A stretch of 64,000 bases of DNA from a virus. A program made the position numbers and the translations under genes. The notes below the pieces were generated by a model that ran no database searches, was not told the DNA's origin, and worked only from the letters and a program-made list of their open reading frames with translations. Each line of letters begins with the position of its first letter. Within the stretch, counting starts at the first letter, position 1. This document shows positions 20,765 through 30,926 of the stretch, one piece after another. The DNA lies in the IMG/VR virus record IMGVR_UViG_3300033512_000218, positions 64,001-128,000 of that record; one strand, written 5' to 3'.

Positions 20765-20769
20765 CAAAA

Positions 20770-20946
20770 ATGATACAATTAGAAATTTCATTTAAATTGG
20801 TATATAAGGAAAACATATGTTCCTTTTGCAAAAAACATGATATTGATATTGAGTGTCATAAAAAAATAAATAATCATTTAATAAAATATAATTTCAATGG
20901 ACAAATAGATGATATTGACAAGTTATATAAATTTTTCAACACATAA
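20770..20946 (+). CDS. small hypothetical protein
   Basis: ATG just after the tRNA. Confidence 0.5.
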   Translation: MIQLEISFKLVYKENICSFCKKHDIDIECHKKINNHLIKYNFNGQIDDIDKLYKFFNT

Positions 20947-20954
20947 TATAAAAT

Positions 20955-21437
20955 ATGGCAAAAAAAACAACTGAAGTAAAGGAAAAACATTTTACATTAT
21001 TTGAACATATTAGTAATTTAACTCAACAAAAAGTAAGTTGGGATAAATATAAACCAGAAGATATAGCTGATTTTAATCCGTTTATGATTAATCTTATGCT
21101 TAGTCATAATATTGAATTAATTGAATTAGTTAATATGTTTCAACAATATACTGTAGGAGTATTGGATAAACGTGAAGTTTATAAACTATATCTTGGACTA
21201 CTTCCTAAAAAGAAAATATTTATAAAATATATTAAAGGTGATGAAACAGAAGAAAATAAATACTATAAGGAAGCAAGTCAATACATTAAACACTATTTTA
21301 AAAATGAAATTAGTACTGATGAAGCATTTGAATATATTCAATTTATTTCAAGTGATGATATGACAAATATATTAAATAGTTTGGGAGTAGAAGATAAGGA
21401 AATAAAAAAAATAATTAAACATATATATGAACAATAA
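20955..21437 (+). CDS. clamp-loader subunit, T4 gp62-like
   Basis: FNPFMINLMLS, YKLYLGLLPKKKIFIKYIK. Confidence 0.65.
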   Translation: MAKKTTEVKEKHFTLFEHISNLTQQKVSWDKYKPEDIADFNPFMINLMLSHNIELIELVNMFQQYTVGVLDKREVYKLYLGLLPKKKIFIKYIKGDETEENKYYKEASQYIKHYFKNEISTDEAFEYIQFISSDDMTNILNSLGVEDKEIKKIIKHIYEQ

Positions 21438-21849
21438 TAACTATAAATCAGTTGAACCAAGACAAAATAATTTATTTTCAGTTGAATTTCCTGATGAATT
21501 TAATGGTCTTAATTTCAGTGTTTCAAAAATAAATAAACCTAAACTTATAAATAATAAATGGCAGGATATAGAAATTGAGTTTATGGATTTTATTGACCCA
21601 ATTGTTTCATATGAATTATATAAAATTGCTGAATATTCATTAAATAATGTGATGTTTGATTTTAAAATCAATACATTTAATTCATCGATGGAATTAGTGG
21701 AACAATGGAATATTTATATTGATAAAATAATATTTATAGATTTTGGAAAAATATGGGACTATACCAACTGTTTAATTAATGCTGAAATACAACGTCCCCG
21801 ATTATGTATATCTCCATCAAATTGTGTATTGAATAAAATATTATACTAA
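21427..21849 (+). CDS. tail-tube (gp19)-like protein
   Basis: EPRQNNLFSVEF, KPKL..WQDIEIEFMDFIDP, VEQWNI. Confidence 0.6.
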   Translation: MNNNNYKSVEPRQNNLFSVEFPDEFNGLNFSVSKINKPKLINNKWQDIEIEFMDFIDPIVSYELYKIAEYSLNNVMFDFKINTFNSSMELVEQWNIYIDKIIFIDFGKIWDYTNCLINAEIQRPRLCISPSNCVLNKILY

Positions 21850-21990
21850 TTAATATATACCAGCAAAGTAGGTTTTTATTTTTGAGTGTACAATCAAAAT
21901 AATTAATTCATATGATGAAACACTGTTCAAAATATATTTTTTAGTCTATATTTTATTTTTAATATATTTGTATTTATATTAAAAATATAT

Positions 21991-22923
21991 ATGAATATTA
22001 ACGAAATATCAACTGTAGAACGAAGTTTAGGACAAATAGATGCAGAAGTTTCTACCTTTCATAGTACATTAAAAAATTATACTGATAAATTCCAATCATT
22101 AACTGATACAAGTCAAATGACTGTATTAAATAATTTAATGGATAAAGTTACAAGAGATAATTTTGACCCAGAATTAAGAGTTGATTTTTATCCATATTCA
22201 ACACCATTTCCAAAGGGTGTAGGAACAGAGGATACAGGAGCAAGAGCATTACAATTAAAGGGTAAACCTGCATATAATAAATGGATGCAAATTATTAAAC
22301 CTATTGCAACAATCGATGGATGGACAATTGTAGATGATTTAGGAGCAGAGGAAAGTGTAGATGATACTAAAAAGCAAAATATAGTTGATAAAGAAACAGA
22401 AATATCAGAGGCAATATTAAATAATATATTAAATTCAACATATCTAAAAAAACAATATTTAAAAGAAATATCAAATTTATCAGGTAATTATGTTGTACAA
22501 AAAAATAATATAACAAATAAAAATACAATCATTGAAAACTTAAATGAAATTTTAAAAAATAAACAAATATTAGAAATGATATATACAACACAAATAACAC
22601 AAAATACTGATTTTGAAGGATTATATGAATTAATACGTGATAAATATAAAATTAAAATAAACTTTAGTGATGTTGATTTAGAAAAAGATTATAAAATATT
22701 ACGTATAAAAAAAGAAGGAATTAATCAATTTGAACGTATGTTTGGAACATTACCTAATCCAAATAAACATAAAATATATTTAATAATACGTTTTAATGAA
22801 AATAATAATGAAGCATCTTTATTTGTTATAAATGAAGATAAAAAAATTGTTAATAATACAAGTATTATTAAATTCTATAAAAGAGGTAAATATAAATGGA
22901 TGGAAGAAAATAATAATGTATAA
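21991..22923 (+). CDS. late hypothetical (possible internal head) protein
   Basis: 310 aa; late motif 21970; several I/L-x-E sites. Confidence 0.7.
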   Translation: MNINEISTVERSLGQIDAEVSTFHSTLKNYTDKFQSLTDTSQMTVLNNLMDKVTRDNFDPELRVDFYPYSTPFPKGVGTEDTGARALQLKGKPAYNKWMQIIKPIATIDGWTIVDDLGAEESVDDTKKQNIVDKETEISEAILNNILNSTYLKKQYLKEISNLSGNYVVQKNNITNKNTIIENLNEILKNKQILEMIYTTQITQNTDFEGLYELIRDKYKIKINFSDVDLEKDYKILRIKKEGINQFERMFGTLPNPNKHKIYLIIRFNENNNEASLFVINEDKKIVNNTSIIKFYKRGKYKWMEENNNV

Positions 22924-22932
22924 ATTATATTT

Positions 22933-22959
22933 AAAACCTACAATTATTTGTGGGTTTTT
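22933..22959 (+). terminator. intrinsic terminator (ACCTAC family)
   Basis: AAAACCTACAA/TTGTGGGTTTT stem. Confidence 0.7.
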
Positions 22960-22961
22960 AT

Positions 22962-23018
22962 TTTAACATTTATTAACAATATTGTATTTGTATTTTGAAA
23001 ATAAATAGTTTATCTTTG
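22962..23018 (+). promoter_or_regulatory. box+promoter module copy 6
   Basis: Box 22962; TATCTTTG 23011-23018. Confidence 0.85.
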
Positions 23019-23043
23019 TAATACAATTTAAAAATTAAATAAA

Positions 23044-23805
23044 ATGATTATACCTTATAAATATTATTATTACGGTTCTTCTGATTCAATTGATAAAGTT
23101 TTAATTGAATTACCTTCAAATGTATTTCCTAATACACAAGAGCAACGGAAATTATTTTTAAAACAATTGGAATTAAAATATAATTTAAATTGGAATACTA
23201 ATATTATTATTATAAACAATGGTTATATATCCGATACGATTTATCCTAAAAGTTGGATTGATTCATTAAATAATGCGTTTTATACAACTTATAATAATCA
23301 TAAACAAATATATGAATTACCAATAAAAGGATTAGTTAAAAGAAATAAACTGTTGGCTATTTATAAAACAGTTAGAACAGTTTTATGTTTATTAAGTAGA
23401 ACTAATTATAGAAATATTATTAAACCTATATTAAATGGTTGTCATGATTTTAATTTAAAATTAAATGCTTTAAATAAAATTAGGTTTAATAATATTATAA
23501 GTTTTAATCAAAAGAATACTTCTGATATTGATATTTGGAAAATTATATCTTTTTATTTAGGTCAAAATATATCATTAATTCAAGATAACATAGAAATATA
23601 TTCAAAGCAAGATTTAATAATACATCATCCTAAACTATATAATTTTATTTATAGAAAAAATATAAATAATACAGATATTGATTATTTAAATGATTATTTA
23701 AAACAATATATATCTATAATTAATAATTATGGTACATATATAAGCAAAAATAATTATTTATATTGCCATGATGAAATAATAGATATGAAAAAAGAAATAT
23801 ACTAA
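23044..23805 (+). CDS. putative nucleotidyltransferase-like protein
   Basis: N-terminal YGSSDSID resembles a degenerate GS..DxD motif. Confidence 0.45.
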   Translation: MIIPYKYYYYGSSDSIDKVLIELPSNVFPNTQEQRKLFLKQLELKYNLNWNTNIIIINNGYISDTIYPKSWIDSLNNAFYTTYNNHKQIYELPIKGLVKRNKLLAIYKTVRTVLCLLSRTNYRNIIKPILNGCHDFNLKLNALNKIRFNNIISFNQKNTSDIDIWKIISFYLGQNISLIQDNIEIYSKQDLIIHHPKLYNFIYRKNINNTDIDYLNDYLKQYISIINNYGTYISKNNYLYCHDEIIDMKKEIY

Positions 23806-23809
23806 TAAT

Positions 23810-24604
23810 ATGAACATACATTTTACCGATAAACAGTTATTCGATAACCTAATAAATGCTACATTATACAAAATAAAAATAGGTTCATACATGTATGGAA
23901 CAAACAATGATAAATCTGATACTGATTATCTTTATATATATGCTACTTCAGAGAATGAATTATTAAGTCCTATTCAAACTCAACAACAACTTCAATATAA
24001 GGATAATAATATTGATTATAATTTCACTTCAATTCATAATTTTATTAAAAATTGTATTAGTGGAGACAGTACCATAAATTTTGAATGTATCCAATCAGAT
24101 GAATTTAATAATACTTCCTTAGAATGGATTAATAAATATAAAGATACATTTAAAACATATACTATTATAAGAAGTTATTTAGGTTTTGCTCGCAGAGATA
24201 TTAAACACTATTTTAAATATAATGATACATATAATAAAGAAAAAAGATTAAAACATATTATTAGAGGATACATTTATACGTATAATTTAATTAATCACAC
24301 ATTTAATTTTAAACAATGCAATAAAGAATTAATTAATACAATTAAATATATTGATGTGTCAAATAATAAACAACTAAAACATTATGAAAGTTTAATATCG
24401 AACCTTAGAGAAGAATTAACCGAAAAATTTAATAATCATACTTTAAATTTATCACAAAAAATAGATGTTGAACAAGGAATTAAATTAACAAATGATTTAA
24501 TAACTTTTTGTAATTCAACTTATTATAAGGATAAACAATTATATTTAACAAATTTTGATTTAACTATGTTTATAAATAGTTTTGAAAATTGGGTTGAATA
24601 TTAA
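23810..24604 (+). CDS. DNA-pol-beta-superfamily nucleotidyltransferase (RlaP/nrdC.11-like)
   Basis: IGSYMYGTNNDKSDTDY, SYLGFA, LKHIIR. Confidence 0.85.
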   Translation: MNIHFTDKQLFDNLINATLYKIKIGSYMYGTNNDKSDTDYLYIYATSENELLSPIQTQQQLQYKDNNIDYNFTSIHNFIKNCISGDSTINFECIQSDEFNNTSLEWINKYKDTFKTYTIIRSYLGFARRDIKHYFKYNDTYNKEKRLKHIIRGYIYTYNLINHTFNFKQCNKELINTIKYIDVSNNKQLKHYESLISNLREELTEKFNNHTLNLSQKIDVEQGIKLTNDLITFCNSTYYKDKQLYLTNFDLTMFINSFENWVEY

Positions 24605-24688
24605 ACCCATAAACTATATAATTGTTCAATATTGGTGCTAATGGTTATATAATAAAAAATAAATTTTAAGTATTTATATATAAAAAAT

Positions 24689-25054
24689 ATGAATCTACAA
24701 AAATTTATAACCGATACCATTCATAAATATTTGAATGAACAACAAAACATTAAAGGTGATGAAATTATTGCATATCATGGAACAAGATATAAATTTGATA
24801 ATTTTAAAACGTCACATCCAAAAGGTGCAGTAGGTAATGAAAAAGGTGTTTATTTTACACGTGATTTGAGTACAGCAAAAGAATATGCAGAGGATGTTGA
24901 TGGAGCTTTAGATGATAAATCAATAGTTATTAAAGTGAAATTAACTATTAACTCTGATACAGATGGTAAAATAATTAATCATTCGTATAGAGGAGAAGAG
25001 ATTATAATGTTTAATTTGAATAATATAAAAATATTGGATAATAATATTTTATAA
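24689..25054 (+). CDS. ADP-ribosyltransferase-fold protein (H-Y-E type) with N-terminal leader
   Basis: AYHGT..FDNF, GVYFT..AKEYA, EEIIMF; late motif 24670. Confidence 0.7.
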   Translation: MNLQKFITDTIHKYLNEQQNIKGDEIIAYHGTRYKFDNFKTSHPKGAVGNEKGVYFTRDLSTAKEYAEDVDGALDDKSIVIKVKLTINSDTDGKIINHSYRGEEIIMFNLNNIKILDNNIL

Positions 25055-25108
25055 AATATATAATGGTAATATTTGTTATTTTCCCAAGATTCAATTTAAA
25101 ACTTTAAA

Positions 25109-25165
25109 TTTAACATTTATTAACATGAATTAATTTGTATTTTTACTTTATTTATATTATCTTTG
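25109..25165 (+). promoter_or_regulatory. box+promoter module copy 7
   Basis: Box 25109; TATCTTTG 25158-25165. Confidence 0.85.
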
Positions 25166-25190
25166 TTGTATAAATTTAAAAACTAATAAG

Positions 25191-25616
25191 ATGAAAACTA
25201 AAATCCAAATAATTAGTGTTAAACAAGTTGAAGGGGTTATACATCCATCAGATTACCATAATTATGCTACAAAAACAGCAAGAACTGCAACACATTATGA
25301 ACCGATTGCATTATTTATTGATGCAATTGATTTGGAAACAAATAACATGATTAAATTTTATTCTCCGACTGTTCTTTTATCAGTTACAACAGGATGGTTA
25401 TTTTTTAAAGATATTCCGTTAAATGATTGGTTTGAATTAATTGAAACAAATATAATAAGTGCAAAAGGATTGAATGTGTTTGATGGAGGGGATACACCTA
25501 ATGTAGCAATTAAACAAAAATCTGAAATTGTACCCAAAATAAAAGTAGGAGATAATATTAATATATCATATTCAATTTCAAAAACAAATAAAATAAATAG
25601 AGTTAAAATATTATAA
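25191..25616 (+). CDS. hypothetical protein
   Basis: 141 aa. Confidence 0.75.
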   Translation: MKTKIQIISVKQVEGVIHPSDYHNYATKTARTATHYEPIALFIDAIDLETNNMIKFYSPTVLLSVTTGWLFFKDIPLNDWFELIETNIISAKGLNVFDGGDTPNVAIKQKSEIVPKIKVGDNINISYSISKTNKINRVKIL

Positions 25617-25736
25617 ACAATAATAACGGTAATTCAATGGAGATAATATCATACTTAGCCGTATAAAGATAAAGAAGAGTTGATAAACTTTCTGAATTAT
25701 TATTGTTTTATATTAATAATCAATTAAAATTAAATT

Positions 25737-25970
25737 ATGTTACCAAACAAAGAAAAGTTAAATAGTAAAATAGAGGAACTTTCGAATTATTATAATGTAT
25801 ATAATCCATCTCTAATGGATTTAATTAATGATTATAATAAATGGTATGCAGAACAACTATTAAATCATACAGTGGAAATGGTAAAGGTTAAAATGGTTAA
25901 ACATGCATATATCGGAGTATTAACTGAAGTAGATAAAGAAAGTATTTTAAACATATTAAATGAAATATAA
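25737..25970 (+). CDS. hypothetical protein
   Basis: 77 aa. Confidence 0.65.
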   Translation: MLPNKEKLNSKIEELSNYYNVYNPSLMDLINDYNKWYAEQLLNHTVEMVKVKMVKHAYIGVLTEVDKESILNILNEI

Positions 25971-26308
25971 TGAAAAAATTAACAAAAAAAGAAAATACTG
26001 AGTTTTATAAACAAATTTGTAACATTTTATTAAATGATTATAAATGTAAATTAGTTCACGATAATGAAACATATACTCAATTTATTTTAAATTTAAATAA
26101 CAAAATAGATTGCAATATAAGTATTCATAAAATAAATACTTATCTATTTTCTATATTTACAAATTTTACTGATGATAATTTTGAAACTATTTTGGGGGAT
26201 AATATCCCTAAAACAGGCAAGTGGAATTTATTTTCTTCTGATTTAGAAAATATAAAAAATGAATTAAAAGAGTTATTAAATTTTTATTTAAAATTAACGA
26301 ATGAATAA
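25970..26308 (+). CDS. hypothetical protein
   Basis: 112 aa, TAATG overlap. Confidence 0.7.
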   Translation: MKKLTKKENTEFYKQICNILLNDYKCKLVHDNETYTQFILNLNNKIDCNISIHKINTYLFSIFTNFTDDNFETILGDNIPKTGKWNLFSSDLENIKNELKELLNFYLKLTNE

Positions 26309-26759
26309 ATATAAATTTTTCTGGGAGGGTCCATTTAGTAATTGGTTTTTAAGTGGATTTATAGTTGATGATATTGCATATAATTGTGGAGAACAATATA
26401 TGATGTATCAAAAGGCAGTATTATTTAATGATACTGAAATAGCTGATAAAATATTAAATGAAACAGAACCTAAAAAACAAAAACAATTAGGTAGAAAAGT
26501 AAGAAATTTCAATGTAAACGTTTGGGACTCTGTTAGATATGATATAGTTAAAAAAGGATTGTATCATAAATTTACTCAAAGTGTTTTTTTAAAAAGTGAA
26601 TTATTAAAATATAAAGAGTATCGGTTTGTTGAAGCATCTCCTTATGATACTATTTGGGGTATTGGTTTCATTGAAAAAGATGCAATGAGTAATATTTCGA
26701 AATGGGGTAAAAATTTATTAGGAAAAATACTAACAGAATTATCATACGAAATAATTTAA
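26301..26759 (+). CDS. NADAR (YbiA-like) family protein
   Basis: FSNW, EQYMMYQKAVLFND, KQLGRKV, KFTQ, VEASPYDTIWGIG, GKNLLG. Confidence 0.92.
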   Translation: MNKYKFFWEGPFSNWFLSGFIVDDIAYNCGEQYMMYQKAVLFNDTEIADKILNETEPKKQKQLGRKVRNFNVNVWDSVRYDIVKKGLYHKFTQSVFLKSELLKYKEYRFVEASPYDTIWGIGFIEKDAMSNISKWGKNLLGKILTELSYEII

Positions 26760-26761
26760 TT

Positions 26762-26962
26762 ATGTGGACAAATATAAATGCATTGCACGGTAATTCTTTA
26801 AAATATATAACGTTAAGATTAAATAATAAAAGATGTATTTTTCATAAATGGAGTAAATATACTATTTTTTCCTTAAGAGATACATATCCTTATGATTTAG
26901 GTGACAAAAAGATAAAATCGTGTCTAAAATGTGGACTTATAAAAGAATATATATGGATTTAG
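26762..26962 (+). CDS. small Cys/His protein
   Basis: CIFHKW...CLKCG. Confidence 0.6.
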   Translation: MWTNINALHGNSLKYITLRLNNKRCIFHKWSKYTIFSLRDTYPYDLGDKKIKSCLKCGLIKEYIWI

Positions 26963-28737
26963 ATTTTAGTAAATGTTAAAGTTGAATTTATATCCTCATT
27001 TTGATAAACTAAATAATCTTTTTCATTTAACCAATGTTTAGGTGTTGATGTTGTATTCATTTTGATTGTTTTACCTTCTTCTTTAACAATATGACACCAA
27101 CACCAATCGTGTGTTTTAATGTTATCTATTTTTGAGGTATATAATGGACATTTATTTTTCCAAATCATAATATATCCTGTACCTGTATAACTTATATTAA
27201 TAATATCATCGTATTTTTTTGATATTTTATGTTTAAGTGATTGTTCTTTTTTTATTCTTTCATGTTGTTTTCTATTTAAATATACAGAACTAACAGCAAT
27301 AACATTATTTTCTTTTTTTATTATTTCGTTATATAATTTTTGAAATGATTTATTGTAAGAAGTTAAATCGTCTTCCCTAAAGTGTATTATATTTCCATTT
27401 GCTTTGTTTAATATAGTGTTATACGAATCAGTTAATAATTCACTTACTTTATTTTTTTGTTCTATTTGATTTTTATATTTTATGGGTTTTTGTCCTTGTA
27501 TTATTTCTATATTATTAAAACTATCATAATATTTTTCATTTACTATTATTCCATTTTCACTATTATCAATAATAATAAGTTCTGGTTTATTATTTAGTAT
27601 AATAATATCTTCTATTAAAGAATTCATCCATATATCAAAAAAATTATTTATTCTACCACTATAAACAAGTCCAATAGTCATTAACTCCTCATTATTGATT
27701 TGTTTCGTTTGATTTAAAGGGGTATTTATGGTTTGTGTTATTGTAGTATTAAATATTTCATAACTTGTTGTAGGCTTTAAATAAAGCTGTGATTTTACAT
27801 TTTTACCACATGAATAATCTTCAATTATTTCTGAACACCATCCAAAGTCAATAATATATAGTTTATCATTTTTAATTGTAAAATTTTCTAATTTAAAATC
27901 AGTATAATAACATTTGTTTTGATTTAATATTTTTAATATATCTAATAATTGAATATATAATTCATTTGTTAATTGTTCTTTTTTTACTGTTTCACCACAA
28001 TAACTCATAATAATTGTATTTCCATCTTGTTTAATAAAACGAGGACTTATATTGTAAGATTCTAATTTTTTAAGCCAATATATTTCTCGTTTAATTAGTT
28101 CATTAGTATATGTTTTATAATTAACAGTTTTATATACCTTATCATTTATTATTTTTATTTTGGAAGTATTTCCTTTGTGTGTATATTCAATTTCACTTTC
28201 ATTATTAACAATATTCTTTTTGATTGGTTTATTATTTAAATTCCAATATAAAATAACATTATCAGAATATTTACATTTTGTAAATTGAGGATTATCTATA
28301 TTTTTATATTTATTTGCATAATACAATGGTATAACAAGTATAATATGATTTGATATTCTACTTAATTCTTTAATTATATTTTCAGGAGATATATTTTTTA
28401 TGTGTTGATATGTTTGTACTGATACCAATGCTTCATATTGTTTATTTTTTATTGGATAAGGTAATACTTTTAAATCATGTCTAATTTTAGGAATATAATT
28501 TAAACGTTTATCTTTATTAATAGTATAATACATACTATAACTATCTTCATATATATTAGTTGTGGAACCTATTTCTATTATATTTGATGTCCCTATGTTT
28601 TTAATTATATTAATTATATTTTCATAATATTCCCACTCAATATTTATTATCGTTGTATATTTATTATTTTTATTTTCTGGAAAATAACTATAAAATTTTT
28701 CTTTTGTTAATAATTTTGATATATTTAATGTATTCAT
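26959..28737 (-). CDS. fusion: methyltransferase-like + protein-kinase-like + GT-A glycosyltransferase
   Basis: IIEIGS; YTDFKLENF..IIDFGW; LIIIDNS, FREDD, GTGYIMI, HDWCWC; late motif 28749-28758. Confidence 0.7.
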   Translation of the reverse strand: MNTLNISKLLTKEKFYSYFPENKNNKYTTIINIEWEYYENIINIIKNIGTSNIIEIGSTTNIYEDSYSMYYTINKDKRLNYIPKIRHDLKVLPYPIKNKQYEALVSVQTYQHIKNISPENIIKELSRISNHIILVIPLYYANKYKNIDNPQFTKCKYSDNVILYWNLNNKPIKKNIVNNESEIEYTHKGNTSKIKIINDKVYKTVNYKTYTNELIKREIYWLKKLESYNISPRFIKQDGNTIIMSYCGETVKKEQLTNELYIQLLDILKILNQNKCYYTDFKLENFTIKNDKLYIIDFGWCSEIIEDYSCGKNVKSQLYLKPTTSYEIFNTTITQTINTPLNQTKQINNEELMTIGLVYSGRINNFFDIWMNSLIEDIIILNNKPELIIIDNSENGIIVNEKYYDSFNNIEIIQGQKPIKYKNQIEQKNKVSELLTDSYNTILNKANGNIIHFREDDLTSYNKSFQKLYNEIIKKENNVIAVSSVYLNRKQHERIKKEQSLKHKISKKYDDIINISYTGTGYIMIWKNKCPLYTSKIDNIKTHDWCWCHIVKEEGKTIKMNTTSTPKHWLNEKDYLVYQNEDINSTLTFTKI

Positions 28738-28760
28738 ACTAATTTTTAAAATAAATACAT

Positions 28761-28817
28761 TTTAACATTTATTAACACTAATTAATTTGTATTTTTACTT
28801 TATTTATATTATCTTTG
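28761..28817 (+). promoter_or_regulatory. box+promoter module copy 8, back-to-back with late motif
   Basis: Box 28761; TATCTTTG 28810-28817; minus-strand GTATTTATTT begins at 28758. Confidence 0.85.
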
Positions 28818-28844
28818 TGGTATAACAATTAAAAATAAAATACA

Positions 28845-29204
28845 ATGACAAGATATAATTTATTTAATGAAATAAATAAACTGTGTGAATTAACTCAAAC
28901 AGGAGAACATCAGTATAATAAAATGGTACATACAGGATTATTAGAGTTTTGTGATTATAATACAGGACTGTTGGATATATGTATGTATTATTTATATCAG
29001 GATAATAATCACATTGTTCGTATTTGGTTTGGTACAATTGATGATGGTGATTTTGGTAGTTGGACAATATGTGATTCAAAAGAAGAAGCATTGGAATTAT
29101 TAAATAAAGTAGTTGATAAATTTAAAGATATAACTGTATTACCTACAATAAATCAATTAAATAAGGAATTTGAAAAATTAAAAATATATTTTTGCTATGA
29201 ATAA
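28845..29204 (+). CDS. hypothetical protein
   Basis: 119 aa. Confidence 0.7.
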   Translation: MTRYNLFNEINKLCELTQTGEHQYNKMVHTGLLEFCDYNTGLLDICMYYLYQDNNHIVRIWFGTIDDGDFGSWTICDSKEEALELLNKVVDKFKDITVLPTINQLNKEFEKLKIYFCYE

Positions 29205-29655
29205 AGTTATATTTTTAGATATTGATGGCGTATTAAATTTAATATCACAAGGACACGATAAATTTGGAAGTATATTTCATTCTAATTTTACTGATAATTT
29301 AAAATATATAATTGATAAGACCAATGCTAAAATAGTCATCAGTTCAAGTTGGAGATTAAGTGGATTAAATTGGATTAAAGATTTATGGTTATATAGAAAT
29401 TTACCAGGTGAAATTATTGATAGAACAAAATCAATATATCCAAGTACTAAACGTGGTTATGAAATACAAGATTGGTTAGATAATAATAAATATATAAATT
29501 ATTGTATTATAGATGATGATACAGATATGTTAGAACATCAATTTAATAATTTTGTTCAAACATCAAATAATTATAATCATACTGATAATATTGAAGGATA
29601 TGGCTTAACAAAACAATGTTCTGATAAAGTGATTAAAATATTAAATAGAATTTAA
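29197..29655 (+). CDS. HAD-domain protein (HAD_SAK_2-like)
   Basis: IFLDIDGVLN, IVISSSWR, RGYEI..WL, IIDDD. Confidence 0.88.
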   Translation: MNKVIFLDIDGVLNLISQGHDKFGSIFHSNFTDNLKYIIDKTNAKIVISSSWRLSGLNWIKDLWLYRNLPGEIIDRTKSIYPSTKRGYEIQDWLDNNKYINYCIIDDDTDMLEHQFNNFVQTSNNYNHTDNIEGYGLTKQCSDKVIKILNRI

Positions 29656-29676
29656 AATAACAAATACAAATAAAAA

Positions 29677-29949
29677 ATGGAAAACAATTGGAAAGAAAAA
29701 ATATAAGAACTATTAGATAAACATATAGGAGAACACGGAGTTCCTTATTCGACTTATCCTAAATTATACAATGCATTTGAAGAATTTGGTAATTTAGTAT
29801 TCGAATCAACAAAACAAGAATGTTCAGATAAAGTCGAATTAATTGATAATGGATATTCTGATGAGTTACCTAATGGAAATATGCATTATTTTGAAAAAAT
29901 ATGTGTCGATACATTTTCAATTTTAAATATTAATAAACCAAATTTATGA
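29677..29949 (+). pseudogene. hypothetical protein with in-frame TAA
   Basis: WKEKI*ELLDK; TAA 29704; otherwise open for 90 codons, stop overlaps next ATG. Confidence 0.6.
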
Positions 29950-30467
29950 GTGAAACAGTAACATATAAAGGAAAATTGCAAGAGGTAGTTTTAATTAATG
30001 ATAATTTAGAAGAAACTTGCAAAGATATATTATTGAAAAATAATATTGAAATACATAATGATTTTTCATATCAGGAACAATTATCTGATAATTTTTATAA
30101 AGAATATGTATCGACAAATAATAAACTTTATAGAGTATTATATAAAGAAAATTTTGAGTTCGATAATATATTTAATGCTGAATTAAATTTAGATGGAACC
30201 ATAAGTTTTTTAGTTAAATATTATGATGGAGGATGTAGTTTTAATGAGGCAATAGAAAAAGCAATGGATAATATTCCAAATGAAATCAATGTTAAATGGT
30301 ATAATACAGAAAAAAATGAATTTCCTGAAATTAACAAACGTATAATAACATCGGAACATGAAATAGGATATTTTAATGCAAATTATAAATTTATGAATGA
30401 AATAACCAAAGAAAGTTCTATTGATGAAATTATTTGGACTTATTTACCTGTTTATAATAATAACTAA
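29946..30467 (+). CDS. hypothetical protein
   Basis: 173 aa. Confidence 0.75.
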   Translation: MSETVTYKGKLQEVVLINDNLEETCKDILLKNNIEIHNDFSYQEQLSDNFYKEYVSTNNKLYRVLYKENFEFDNIFNAELNLDGTISFLVKYYDGGCSFNEAIEKAMDNIPNEINVKWYNTEKNEFPEINKRIITSEHEIGYFNANYKFMNEITKESSIDEIIWTYLPVYNNN

Positions 30468-30482
30468 AAAGAAAAAAATAAT

Positions 30483-30908
30483 ATGATAACACATTTAATT
30501 AGCACGACAGAGTTTATAAACTTTATACATCAAAATTATAATCAATTAGGAATTGAATTTCCATTTGATATTATAGTTAATTATGTAAACTTTATATCTC
30601 AAAAACCAACATTAAGTATGTTTGTACCTTGTGATGAAAATGGGAATGTATTAGACGAACCAGAAATATACGATACTTGGATAATGTATTCTATAAGTAA
30701 CCTTGATACTAAATTTGAAACTAATACTCAATGTGAACAATATAAGGAAGCCAAATCCAATATATTATTTAAAGACAAAATGTGGGATATAAAATCATTA
30801 AAAGAAAAAATAGAATATTATGATACAATTGAAAATTTTGCAATTAAAGAACATTTTTTTAATAAATTAGTATTGACAAAAACATCATTAAAACAAATAG
30901 GATTATAA
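30483..30908 (+). CDS. hypothetical phage protein
   Basis: 141 aa, MFVPCDENGNVL. Confidence 0.75.
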   Translation: MITHLISTTEFINFIHQNYNQLGIEFPFDIIVNYVNFISQKPTLSMFVPCDENGNVLDEPEIYDTWIMYSISNLDTKFETNTQCEQYKEAKSNILFKDKMWDIKSLKEKIEYYDTIENFAIKEHFFNKLVLTKTSLKQIGL

Positions 30909-30926
30909 TTTAAAAAACAAACAATT

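Noticed and set aside
21850-21965. Possible small ncRNA or ribozyme in the intergenic gap
   Set aside because: Only weak pairing and a partial TGATGA..GAAAC resemblance; no complete hammerhead core or second copy.
25617-25736. Second attC-like site at ATAACGG
   Set aside because: No matching inverted arm or complementary GTT end.
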